Assembly: GCF_004010195.1 (NCBI RefSeq)
Contig: NC_057720.1
Span: forward strand, 21,208,922-21,272,921
From: Chiloscyllium plagiosum
Taxonomy: Eukaryota
Direction of reading: 5' to 3'
Length of the DNA: 64,000 nt
Part shown: positions 11,695-24,070 of the stretch, one piece after another
Layout of the letters: each line of letters starts with the position of its first letter
How positions within the stretch are numbered: the stretch's first letter is position 1
Position numbers and translations under genes: made by a program
The notes under the pieces: generated by a model
Told to the model about the DNA's origin: nothing
Databases searched by the model: none
What the model saw: only the letters and a program-made list of their open reading frames with translations

Positions 11695-13770
11695 GGAAAA
11701 AAGCTTCTTGCTATCCACCTTTTCTATACCTCTCATGATTTTGTAGACCTCAATCAGGTCCTCCCTCAACCTCTGTCTTCCTAATGCAAATCATCCTAAT
11801 CTACTCAACCTCTCTTCATAGCTAGTGCCCTCCATACCAGACAGTATCCTGGTAAACCTCCTCTGCACCCTCTCCAAAGCATCCACATTCTTTTGGTAAT
11901 GTGGCAACCAGAGCTGTACACAGTATTCCAAATGTAGCCGAACCAAAGTCCTATATACTGTAATATGACCTGCCAACTGTTGTACTCAGTACATCTTCCG
12001 ATGAAGGAAAGCATGCCATATGCTTTCCTAACCAATCTAGCAACCTGCATTATCACCTTTAGGGTACAATGGACCTGAACAGCCAGAACTCTCTGTACAT
12101 CAATTTTCCTAGGGATTTTCACCTCACCTTTGCCCGGACTGAATTCCATCTGCTATTTCTCCACCCAACTCTCCAATTTATCTATATACTGCATTCTCTG
12201 ACAGTACCCTTCACTATCTGCTACTCCACCAATCTTAGTATCATCTGCAAACTTGCTTATCAGATCACTATACCTTCCTCCAGATAACTTATGTGTATCA
12301 CAAACAACAGTGGTCCCAGCACTGATCCCTGTGCAACACCATGGGTCACATTTCTCCATTTTGAGACACTCCCTTCCATTACTACCCTTTGTCTCCTGCT
12401 GCCCAGCCAATTCTTTATCCATTTAGCTCATACACCCTGGACCCCATGTGTCTTCACTTTCTCCATCAGACTACCATGGGGAACCTTATCAAATGCTTAC
12501 TGAAGTCCATGTATATGATATCTATAGACCTTCCCTCATCAATCAACTTTGTCACTTCCTCAAAGAGTTCTATTAAGTTGGTAAGACATGACCTTCCCTG
12601 CACAAAACCATGCTGCCTGTCGCTGACAAGCCTGTTTTCTTCCAAATGGGAATAGATCCTATCCCTCAGAATCTTCTCTAGCAGTTTCCCTACCACTGAT
12701 TTCAGGCTCACCAGTCTAATTAGCTGGATTATCCCTGCTACCCTCCTTAAACAAGGGGACAACATTAGCAATTCTCCAGTCCTCCGAGATCTCAGCCATG
12801 TTCAAGGATGCTGCAAAGATATCTGTTAAGGCCCCAGCTACTTTTTCCCTGACTTCCCTCAGTAACCTGGGATAAATCCCATCTGGACCTGGGGACTTGT
12901 CCACCTTAATGCCTTTTAGAATACCCAACACTTCCTCCCTCCTTATGGCGATGTGACCTAGAGTAATCAAACATCTCTACCTAACCTCAACATCCATCAT
13001 GTCCCTCTCCTTGGTGAATACCAACTCAAAGTACTCATTAAGAATCTCACCCATTGTCTAATTCCATGCATAACTTCCCATGTTTGTTCTTGAGTGGCCC
13101 AACCCTTTCTCTAGTTACCCTCTTGCTCATTATATATATGAATAAAAGGATTTGGGATTTTCTTTAACCCTGTTTGTTAAAGATATTTCATGATGCCTTT
13201 TAGCCCTCTTAATTCCTCATTTCAGATTGGTCCTACTTTCCCTAGATTCTTCCAAAGCTTTGTCTGTTTTCAGTCGCATAGACCTTATGTATGCTTCCTT
13301 TTGCCTCTTAGCGAGTCTCACAATTTCACCTGTCATCCATGGTTCCCTAATCTTGCCAATTCTATCCTTCATTTTCACAGGGACATGTCTGTGCTGCACT
13401 CTAATCAACCTCTCTTTAAAAGCCTCCCACATGTCAAATGTGGATTTACCTTCATACAGCTGCTCCCATCCACATTCCCTAGCTCCTGCCAAATTTTGCT
13501 ATAGTTGGCCTTCCCCCAATTTAGAACTCTTCCTTTAAGACCACTTTTGTCTTTGTCCATGAGTATTCTAAAACTTAGTGAATTGCGATCACTATTCCCA
13601 AAGTAATCCCCTGCTGAAACTTTAACCACCTGACCGGGCTTACTTCCCAACCCCAGATCCAATATGGCCCATTCCTGAGTTGGACTATTTACATTATGTT
13701 CTATAAAGCCCTCCAGGATGTTCCTTACAAATTCTGCTGCATCTAAACCTCGAAAATGAAGTGAATCCCA
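11695..13770 (-). mobile_element. CR1 LINE ORF2 (endonuclease end through RT), decayed
   Basis: Minus ORFs: AILDLGLG, KSPGPDGIYPRLLRE, QHGFVQGRSCLTNLIE, SKFADDTKIGG, YRTLVRLHLEYCVQLW. Confidence 0.95.
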
Positions 13771-16332
13771 GTTGGTGGAATGGGCAGCACTGGTTGTACT
13801 GATTGTGAAGCCCAACAGGTTGGTTCGCCTTTGTGGGGATTTTGAACTGCTTTTCTCAGCTGGATAAATACCCAATCCCTTGCATAGAAGATTTATGCAC
13901 AAAGCTGTCAGAGGGGCTGTCCTTCATGAAGCTGGACATGAGTCATGTGTACTTGCAATTGGTTAAATGAGGATTCCCAGAAGTATGCTTCAATTAATAC
14001 CAATAAAGGTTTGTACCAATGTACAAGACTGTTATTTGGGTATCATCAGCCTTTGCAATTTTTCAGAGAATGATGTAGAACATTTTACAAGGTTCTAGAT
14101 GATATGCTAATAACTGGGAAGACCAATAAAGAGCACTTAGAAAACTTGGACATAGTCCTTAAACATTTCTCCAAGGTGGGTGTACGCTTTAGGAGTGAAA
14201 ATTGTGTATTCCAGGCATCCCAACCGACCTACTTGGGCTACAGGGTTGACAAGTCCACCATAAGCCCATTGAAAGATAAAGTGAGGGCAATTAAAATTAC
14301 TCCCCTCCCACGTCTGTACTGGAGCTTAGTCTTTCCTTGGGCTGATGAATTATTATGGAAAGTTCTTACACAACTTGGCCTCCATTCTGGCACCTTTTCA
14401 TCAACTCTGAAAAAAGGGCCAGTCTTGGAAATGGCCGCGTAGACAAACCATAGCTTTCCGGGAAATGAGGAAACATCTATCATCTTCTAAGGTGCTAGCA
14501 CACTATGATCCCAAGTAAGATCTAGTATTGACATGTGATACCTCATCATATGGCATCGGGTGGTACTCGCTCATAGGTGGCCGAATGGAGAGGATTGCCC
14601 AAGGGTGGAAACATCCAGGATTTTGATTAATGCAAAGTGCAAATACGCACAGAATGAGAAGGAAGGTTTAATGGTCATATTTGGAGTCAGGAAAATCTTT
14701 CAATACCTTTACAGATGTAAATATGTAATAATAACAGATCACAAACCCCTGCTAGATCCACACAGAAGACAAGGCAGTGCTGCCCATAGCTTCAGACCAA
14801 ATTCAGTTACGGGCTCAAATACTAAGTGCATATAATTGCAAGTTGGAACATTGTCCAGGAGGCCAAATAGTGAATCCGGATGCATTGAACCACCTCCCAC
14901 TGGCAGATACACCACTGGTGGGCACGGCTACTGCAAGACTCCATAATGGTTTTAAACTTTATAGACACACTTCCAGTCACAGTTGACAATATCAGACTTT
15001 GGACACAGAAAGATCTGTTCCTGGCAAAAACGGAAACAGCTGGTGGTGATAGGGGAACAAAATGGCCATCACAACCAGAATTGAAACCTTTTTCGACCTG
15101 GAGAGACCAATCACAGTAAAGGATGGTATATTATTATGGGGAACAGAGTGATTGTCTTGAGCAAAGGTTGCTACCAGATACTGGCTGAACTCCACCAAGG
15201 TTGTCCTGGGGCTTCTAAAATGAAGATGTTGTCGAGAAGGTAGGTCTGGTGGCTAGGATTAGATCCAGACATAGCCATGTTGGTGGAACAGTGCCTAGTG
15301 TGCCAACAAGCACAGAGATTAGAGCCAGCGGCTTTCTACATTCATCGGATTGGTTGAATAAATCCTGGACTTGGTTAGGTGCCGACTGTGCAGGTTCTTT
15401 CATGGACTCAATGTTCTTAATCATTGTGGGTGCCCACTCAAAGTGGCTGGCCATGCACAGAATTCTTTCATCAAACACGGGGATGACGATAGAAAAACTG
15501 TGCACATCTTTTGCAATGCAGACTCTCAGAAGTATTGGTCACAAATAAAGAGCCATTGTTTATCAGCAAGGAATTTGAGTATTTCCAAAGCTGAATGGTA
15601 CTCAACATGTATGGACAGCTCCATACCATCCATCATGCGATGATCTGGCAGAAAGAGTAGTCCAAACTTTGATTACAGGCTTAAAGCAACAGCTCCACTA
15701 GATATCACACTGGTCCATTTCCTATTTGATTATAGGACGCCCCCTCACGGAACTATTGGGACATCTCCAGCAGAGTAGCTAACGAGCAGAAAATTGTGCC
15801 AGGTTAAACCTGATCTTCCTGGACCTGGGGAGAAGAAGGTGAAACAGCACCAGGAGCACCAATACTGGATACAAGTGAGAGAGACAGTTTACTTCAGGGG
15901 ATGAAGTTTGGTGAAAAAGGCATGGATGATGCGAGGTCAGGTCCAGTGATGTATAAAGTTCAGATAGGTGGACGGTCCTGAACAAGTACGTGGACCATAT
16001 GTAAAGTGCAAGTTGCAACGGTACAGAAGCAAAACGTATCCGGTTCCTCGCCAGACATTCCAATTGTTCTGGAACCCAAGCATTCTCCTTTTTCATCAAG
16101 TGTTGAATCTGAGATAGACATGGTGGATGTCACCACCTCAATGCCTTTGCTTCCTGAAGAAGAGAATGAATTTCTTCCAAGAGACTCCAGGCACAAGAGG
16201 TGAGCTACTGTGCATTGCACCCTGCCCATATCAGAAGCAGAGTTGGAGAAACCTGACCCAATTCTAAAACGCCCCAGGAGGAGCTACAAAAAATGGAACT
16301 GGCCTATGTCCTCCAACTTAGAGAGGGAGGGA
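13771..16332 (+). mobile_element. Ty3/Gypsy pol remnant (RT, RNase H, integrase) and PPT
   Basis: EWAALVVLIVKP..VRLCGDF; LDDMLITG; LTCDTSSYGIG; YAQNEKEGL; IITDHKPLL; ELHQGCPG...; DCAGSFMDSMFLIIVGAHSKWL; PYHPSS; PPT GAGAGGGAGGGA at 16321-16332. Many stops and frameshifts; gag/protease absent. Confidence 0.95.
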
Positions 16333-16561
16333 TGTAGTGATTGTATCGAGGTCAGCCAGGTGGACCTCATAGAATATGAGTTCCCTGATTGGGGCTGTTA
16401 ACCTGGTCCAATCAGGGAACCCAGGCTGTCTGATATAAACAGGAGTGTCAGACATCCCCTGAGAGCTGGCTCAGAGGGAGCTGGATCAGCGTCAAGGACT
16501 CTCCACATGTAAATAAAGGGTGACTTGGTGACGGGATACCGGCCTCTGTGGAGTGATTTCA
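16333..16561 (+). mobile_element. Gypsy 3' LTR (229 bp)
   Basis: TG...CA termini directly after the PPT; CCAAT, TATAAA (about 16434) and AATAAA (about 16512). Confidence 0.92.
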
Positions 16562-17314
16562 CTTTCCACGAACTACACCAATAGTAACAACTGTGCTGCT
16601 CACTTTCATCTCATTCAATCCCTCCTTTTCTCTCATTCCAAGAGAACATAGGCTCACAACAGGAGAGAATGAGCCAAAATGGGTGATGGGATGACCGACA
16701 ATAGGTTCCTGACCCCCCAGCGAGGGAATGATCCTAGTCCTGATTGTCTGAGTGGCCAAAATCTCTGGACGGATATCTGGGGCTGTGCCAGACTCTGACT
16801 GACGGGTCTCTCCCTTGATTTGACTTGAGCACTGCTCCCTTAGGCACGGTCATATGGTGGTTCATGGTGTAGGTATGACATTGACACAACATGGATCATA
16901 CAGCCCCGTGGCCACTCTCTTGACCAGTGACTGCAGACAACCGTGACAAGCTGCCTAGCTTTGTGACTGTGCAAAGAGGCAAGTCAAAACAGAACTGTGT
17001 GCCTGTTAGCTGTGATTGTGTTGAGGAAGCAAGGCGAGATAAGGCAGGGATGTTGTGAGCATCAGGTAGATGTTAAATAAATTATTTCTAGGAGGGCAAG
17101 AGATGCAATCTGGTCCAACTTGTTCGCTGGCTACCTGTCCAAGTGCACAGAGTATCGTCACAGCAGCATTCCAGTGATAATCTTTGGTTGTGTCCCAAAG
17201 TGCAGCATTAAAGAAATGTATTGTAAGTGTATTGGAGATGTGCCATGATGAAACAGAGAGACTGCTTCATTTTAGTGGTTCAGAGGAGCAAGCAGCACCA
17301 GGTAGCTACATTTC

Positions 17315-17622
17315 GATTACTTACAGTATGGAAACAGGCCCTTCGGCCCAACAAGTCCACCCGACCCACCGAAGCTCAACCCACCCAGACCCATTCCCTT
17401 ACATTTACCCCTTCACCTAACACTACGGGCAATTTAGCATGGCCAATTCACCTAATCTGCACATTTTTGGATTGTGGGAGGAAACCGGAGCACCCGGAGG
17501 AAACCCATGCAGACATGGGGAGAATGTGAAAACTCCACACAGAGAGTCGCCTGAGGTGGGAATTGAACCCAGGTCTCTGGCACTGTGAGGAGCAATGCTA
17601 ACCACTGAGCCACCGTGCCACC
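17315..17622 (-). mobile_element. HE1-type SINE
   Basis: Full head, core and tail in reverse. Confidence 0.95.
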
Positions 17623-17710
17623 TACATTGACGTTCATACTGGGGATTCTCAGTTTTGGGTTTCCATCAGGTAGGTGTCAGATTAATGGGGTGAGATTAGG
17701 GAGTAATGAG

Positions 17711-18064
17711 GGCCACTTGGTGACTTAGTGATTAGCACTGCTGCCTCACAGTACCATGGACTTGGGTTCAATTCCAGCCTCATGTGACTGGCATTGTGAA
17801 GTTTGCACATTCTTCCACTGTGTGTGTGTGTGTGTGTGTGTTTGCTTTGCATGTCCTGGCTTTCTTCCCCAGTCCAAAGTTGTGCAGATTAGAGGTGGTT
17901 TGACCATATTAAATTGCTCTGTAGTGTCCAGGGATGTGCAGGTTTGGTGGGTTAGCTATGGGAAATGCAGGTTTACGGGGATGGGTCTGGGTGGGATGCT
18001 CTTCAGAGAGTTGGCGTGGACATGATGGGCTGAATGGCCTGTATCCACACTGTAGGGATTTTAT
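17711..18064 (+). mobile_element. HE1-type SINE with internal (TG)n expansion
   Basis: GGTTCAATTCC B-box; (TG)~11 at 17819-17840. Confidence 0.9.
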
Positions 18065-18128
18065 GAGAGTGTTAATGGGTAATAATCCCTTTCAATAGGT
18101 CAGTTGCTCTCACTAACGAGAATCAAGT

Positions 18129-18458
18129 CTTAGATTCTTAGATTCCCAGATTCCCTACAGTGTGGAAACAGGCCCTTCAGCCCAACAAGTCCACACTGAC
18201 CCTCCGAAGAGCAACCCACCCAGACCAATTCCCTTACATTTACCCCTGCACCTAACACTGTGGGCAATTTAGCATGGCCAATTCACCTAACCTGCACATC
18301 TTTGGACTATGGGAGGAAACCAGAGCACCAAGAGGAAACCCACGCAGACACAGGGAGAATGTGCAAACTCCACACAGACAGTTGCCCAGAGGTGGGAATT
18401 GAACCCGGGTCCCTGGCGCTGTGAGGCAGCAGTGCTAACCACTGAGCCACCGTGCTGT
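18129..18458 (-). mobile_element. HE1-type SINE
   Basis: Full head, core and tail in reverse. Confidence 0.95.
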
Positions 18459-18635
18459 CCCAAGTCTTGGTATCTGGAAAGCTGTTGGAAGATGTGAAAT
18501 ATCACTCCTGAAGTGGAGAAAGGCCTCCCTGGATTTCTCACATGATTTTCCCAAATTTCTCACAATAGCCCGCCTTGTTCAGGGTGTGGAAAGATTCCAA
18601 CCAATGTTCTTGAAGAAGGATGTGCAAGGAAAGAA

Positions 18636-18800
18636 CACTACTTGCATTTGTATAGTCCCGTCCCTGTCTTCAGAAAGTCTCAGGTCGTTCACAGCCAGTG
18701 AAGGATTTTTGAAGTATAGTGATTTCAGTTGCTACACATACAGCTAATATGCACAATGCATGGTTCCACAAACATCAATGAAATAAGCAACCAGATGCTT
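18636..18800 (-). mobile_element. Old L2-tailed SINE remnant
   Basis: ACTTGCATTTGTATAG is the reverse of an L2-like 3' end (compare ATAAATGCAAGTTG at about 58250); heavily diverged. Confidence 0.45.
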
Positions 18801-18890
18801 AGTGCAGTTTCACACCTGACCTTGGAAGACTTGTTTATCAGAATTACACACTGCAGCTAGGAGTGTTCAGTGATGATTTCAGAGCCTGAT

Positions 18891-19235
18891 CATAGAATCC
18901 CTACAGCGTGGAAACATGCTCTTTGTCCCAACAAGTCCACACCGACCATCTGAAGACAACCCACTCAGACTCATTCCCTTATCTATTACTCCACGTTTTC
19001 CCTAAATGATGCACCTAGCCTACACATCCCTGAACACTATGGGTAATTTAGCATATCCAATTCACCTAATTTGTACATTTTTGGATTGTGGGAGGGAACT
19101 GGAGCACCTGGAGGAAACCCACACAGACACCAGAAGGTGACAAACTCCACACAGACCGTCGCCCAAGGCTGGAATCGAACCTGTTCCCTGGCACTGTGAG
19201 GCAGCAGTGCTAACCACTGAGCCACCGTGCCACCC
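18891..19235 (-). mobile_element. HE1-type SINE
   Basis: Full head, core and tail in reverse. Confidence 0.95.
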
Positions 19236-19299
19236 TCTTGATCTGTCCTAATAATGTTGGGGGAGGGGAGATGAGCCCTCCATGGGTGAGATTGTGGTC

Positions 19300-20135
19300 A
19301 TTCAGAGGAGGTGGGGAGCTGAACACACCAAGAACCCGCTCTGGTCCACACAAGCTGCTCGATCTGTTGAATTCCTTCATAGAATCCTGTTTGGCTAAGT
19401 GTTTGATTTTAAGACTTATAAATCTTTTATAAGTTTTTTTTGTGAATCTATAATAGTGAGTATGGTGGTTTTTAAAAATGTTTTACTGAGATCTGTCTCT
19501 TGGTTATATTTCTAATATAAAAGGTAGGTATTAAGTTATCCTACACTTGTGTTTTTGAGCAATAAGCCAATGTTTTCAGGAAGGGTCACTCGACCCGAAA
19601 CATTAACTCTGATTTCTCTACACAGATGCTGTTGGACTTGCTAGCTTTTCCAGGAATTTCTGCTTTTGCTTCAGATTTACAGCCTCAGCACTTCTTTCAG
19701 TATTTATTTAAAGGTTATGTTAATGCTGAGTTTTTACAAAAGTGTATTGATTTTGTTTTTTTGGGTATATTCAAGGTCTGTAGTTTATTTAAGGGGCAGA
19801 GATGGCCTTTAGTCATGTGATGTGCTCTTCCTTTCGGATGTGGGACACAAGGGAAAATTTCAATGTTCCTGGAGACTATGTCTGCAGGATGCATATTTGG
19901 ATGTGAACCCTATCAGGTCGTGTGGATGGGCTGGAGTGGCCATTAGAGGCAATGAGGAACCAAGGCATGTGTTGGATGGAGGTTTCAGGAAGGTAGAAAA
20001 ACCGTAGATACAGTCAATTAGATGGGTTACCTCTGGGAAGGATGGGAGAGGTAGGTAGGAAGTGCAGGGATATCCTGTAGTTATCCCCAACAAGTATGCT
20101 GTTTTGGATACTGGAGCGGGTGATGGTTTCTCAAG
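19300..20135 (+). mobile_element. CR1 LINE 5'UTR and ORF1 start, interrupted by a PLE pLTR piece (about 19577-19700)
   Basis: From 19802 MAFSHVMCSSFRMWDTRENFNVPGDYVCR (paralogous to ORF 634..882) ... NKYAVLDT; insert carries AAGGGTCACTCGACCCGAAACATTAACT. Confidence 0.8.
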
Positions 20136-20814
20136 ACAATATTACCCTTGTGCTATGAGTGGCTCCAGTTAAGAAGGAGTCTGAGACCTTTTTACCTTCC
20201 AGTCACGTGCTATTATACCATGATGATACCATGAGCATGTCTCTTAAAGGTACACTGGCAGACCAGACTGTGAGACACATTATTGCAGTCCTCTTTTTCC
20301 AAATATTTAAAATTACCCCAAACAGATATGCATGATTGTACATTGGCACATACTATAAATCCAATAATTACATAACAGGTAGAAGCAGAGTTTACGAGAT
20401 TAACAACTTAAACATTTTGGAGGTTTGAAAGTTCATCTTCATCTGATGACTGTATACGCACCTGGAGATACACATGATAATTCTCTGTTGTGCTTGTTTG
20501 ACAACTTGTTGTTTTGCTGCTGATTACTGTCACTCAACATCACCACACGATCATTTTTCACTCCAATTTTTCTTCTACCTTCATGCATGATTGTTGTGTT
20601 GTACTTTGGTTTGACTTGGCTTCTATATTTTTGTAATGTAGCATGATTGATATGATCTTTGTATGATTTGGCCTGGTTGAATATTTGAAAAACCCTCATA
20701 TGTATTCCTGTTTGTATTTCTAACTCACACTCTCAGACCACTGCACAGTTTTGATAGTTCTCTACTTATTGTGTGTCTTCTTCATTCTGCTCATAAGTCC
20801 TAGTGGTCGCAGTA

Positions 20815-21458
20815 GTCTGGCTACCATACATCAAGAACATCTCTGAACTGACAGCCAGACTACTGCGACCACTAGGACTTATAACAGCACACAAACCAAC
20901 AGCCACACTCAGACAACAACTCACCAGAACGAAGGACCCGATACCCAGCATGAGCAAAACTAATGTAGTGTACAAAATCCCATGCAAGGACTGCACAAAA
21001 CACTATATAGGACAAACAGGAAGACAGCTAACGATCTGCATCCATGAACATCAACTATCCACGAAACGACACGACCAGCTATCCCTAGTAGCCACACACA
21101 CAGACGACAAGCAACATGAATTTGACTGGGACAACACTACCATTATAGGGCAAGCCAAACAAAGAACAGCCAGGGAATTCCTAGAAGCATGGCACTCATC
21201 CACAAACTCCATCAACAAACACACCGACCTGGACCCAATATACCGGCCACTACAGCGGACAGTTGAAACTGACAACCAGAAGCGGCAGGGACAGGCCACT
21301 ATAAATGCCGGAGGAAACACCACAGAAGCGCTTCACAGGAGGCTCCCAAGCACTGAGGATGTCACCTAGACAGGGGACGAAACATTTGCAACAAAAACTT
21401 CCAGCTTGGCGAACAGAACCACAGCAACGAGCACCCGAGCTACAAATCTTCTCACAAA
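20815..21458 (+). mobile_element. Penelope-like element (Poseidon-like) 3' end: GIY-YIG endonuclease and pLTR
   Basis: ORF 20803..21369 LPYIKNISELTARLLRPLG...NVVYKIPCKDCTKHYIGQTGRQL...HE...REFLEAWHS; TATAAAT at about 21300. Confidence 0.93.
21350..21389 (+). ncRNA. Minimal type I hammerhead ribozyme motif
   Basis: GCA | CTGAGGA | T | GTCACCT-agac-AGGGGAC | GAAA | CATT | TGC; stem I GCA/TGC, stem II 6 of 7 paired. Confidence 0.7.
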
Positions 21459-21485
21459 TATTTATTATAGATTACTACTATGTAC

Positions 21486-22113
21486 TGTTATGGACTAGGC
21501 CAGACCACTCAAAACATTCTTAAGCAGGCAGGCCAGACCATAACTTTGCAATTTGTTTCAGTAAGTTGACAGTGAAAATTACCTGGAGTAAGTTAGCGAG
21601 TTTGACTACCAGGTTTTAAAACAGACAAAAATTTATTCACAAAATTACACAATGAAATAAAAAGAACAGAATAAAGAACCCCTACAGAACTCAGTCTATC
21701 CAAACTAGATTTAGCTATGCTGTTCTGAACATACACAAAGGTTCCAGTAAGCAAACCCCCTTAAAACACAGAATAAAAAATTTAACAGATGCTACAGGTT
21801 GAAGTTAGAAGGGCAGAGAGAGAGAGAGAGAGCCTGTTCACACAGTCCACTGCTGGATTCCCAACTAGTTCTGGACTGAACTGCTCAGCTACAGAACTGA
21901 CCACACCCCTTCCATTATACAGGTCACTTCTAAATCTGACCACTTAGGCCTGAAGTCTCATCTGTTTATATAAACAAAAAGGCTTCTCAATATCATTTAA
22001 TCTCTGTACCAAACCAGTCTAATCGGAACCAATTTAATTCTGAACAAAACCAAGGACACAGTATCCTTGAGAAAAGGAACAGCTTTTCGAAAAAAGGGAC
22101 CAGCTTTGTATCA
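21486..22113 (-). mobile_element. Solo LTR (628 bp) with 4-bp TSD
   Basis: GTAC|TGTTATGG ... TTGTATCA|GTAC; TTTATT at about 21632 and TTTATA at about 21964 suggest minus orientation. Confidence 0.85.
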
Positions 22114-22675
22114 GTACTAACATTATGGACACATTGTATTTGGCTAATATGGCACTATTTGGTTACAAGGAGTAGCATACCTCCAGCAGTGTGACGTGTT
22201 TCAATTGGTCACTGTTAAGATGGAATCTGAGACCTTTATGCCCTCAGGTTAGATGCCATGATAACATGAATATGTCTCTTAAAAATATACAGATTTACTT
22301 TGAGACTTACTTAGCAATTGATTTATAAATTGCCACAGAAACAGAGGGTAAGTATTGTTCATTTTCAGCTCATATTTTGACAAGTGAAATTTACAGTACC
22401 TATGGCTTGCAATGACTTTTCTTATGCAATCATCCACTCTTCACATTACTAACTATGCAGCTGGGCTCTCTAGTGTTCTTCTTGTACAATTGCATGGCTA
22501 GAGAGGCAGCAGTGTAGACCGCTGCCAGGGGTTCATTCTGCTGGCACTATATTTCAAGCCCGGCTACAGACCACTTTAGCAAGTGAGGAACTGGCCCTCA
22601 CACTGTGGAGCCCTAGCATTATCAGTGCAGACATGGCCAGAAAAGGCAAATTAGCTTCCACACACAAAAAAAATA

Positions 22676-23451
22676 ACATGCAGGTGAACATGCATTTTGG
22701 AAAGTCAAATCAAAGTAGGAGTTTCATGATGAATTGTAGGGATGTAAGCAGTGTATGGAACAGAGAGAGACCTTGGAGTTCAGGAGTACAGTTCTCTGAA
22801 AGTGGAGTCACAGCTAGAGGGCAAGAAGGCTTTTGGCACACTGGCCTTCATCAATCAGGGAATTGTGTATAGAAGTTGGGAAGTTATTTTGCAGTTGTAC
22901 AGGACGTTGGTGAGGCCACACTTGGAGTACCGTGTTCAGTTTTGGTCACTTTGTTATAGGAAGGATGTTATTAAAGTGGAAAGAGTGCAGAATAAATCTA
23001 CAAGGATGTTACCAAGAGTCTGAGCAATAGGGAGAGGTTGGACAAGCTAGAACTCTTTTCTTTACAATGTAGGACACCAAGGGGGGATCTTATAGAAGTG
23101 TATAAGATCATGAGAGGCATGGATAGGGTGAATGCACTCAGTCTTTTTTCCCAGAATTGGGGAATTGACTAGAGGACATCAGATTAAGGTTAGAAGGGGA
23201 AAGAATAAAAGGGAACCTGAGGATAAACTGTTTTAGGCAGAGGGTGGTATGCATCTGGAATGAGCCGCTTGTGGAAGTGATTAACAACATTTAAAAGGCA
23301 TTTGGACAATTACATGGATAAGAAAGGTTCGAAGGATATGGGCCAAGTGCAGGGAAATGTGTTAGCATGGACGGACATTTTGGTCGGCATGGACCAGTTT
23401 GGGCTGAAGGGCGTGTCTCCATGCTGTTGGACTTTATGACTCAATGACTCT
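22676..23451 (+). mobile_element. CR1 LINE 3' end
   Basis: ORF 22751..23023 ERDLGV...LYRTLVRPHLEYRVQFW; tail ATGACTCAATGACTCTA. Confidence 0.93.
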
Positions 23452-24070
23452 AGGTGTCTTTTTCTTTCTCAGTGCTGACAGAAGTGTGTTGTGCCAGGGA
23501 GATCAGGGAAGGTGAGATACTGTGTAGTTTTCCAGTGGGCTAATTTCAGGATGGAAAAGGTGGACTTTGGATGCACTTATGTTGTCCATTTTACAACTAT
23601 ACAGGGAGATTGTGCCTTAAAGCCAAAGCACTCATTAAAACTGCAACAGAAAGAAGCTACCGGTGATTTTAGTTTTTACAAGAAAGCTTAGAAATTTGTC
23701 CTGCTTGTTTTAGGATCTTTATATGTTACTGCCTGAGGCCAATTGTACTCAATGATTCTGTTCAACCATTTCTCTGGAGGACTTCGAAGAGCATCAAAAC
23801 TCAGAACAAGACAAGAGTCATCACAGTGCCAATCTGCTGCTCTGGGCTGAGACAACCACCTACATTCTGTTAATGAGAGAAAACTATCAAAGGGAACAAC
23901 ACAGGATGTGTGGCATAGCAAATGATGAAGAGATAAAGTAGAATACAAACTGATACTTATCACCAAGGAAATAATGATTATTCTGTAGATCAGTTCATTC
24001 CCTCGTTCATAACCTGCATATATCTTTAAATATTCCCACCATCACTCCTCCTCAACCACTGTCACTACAG

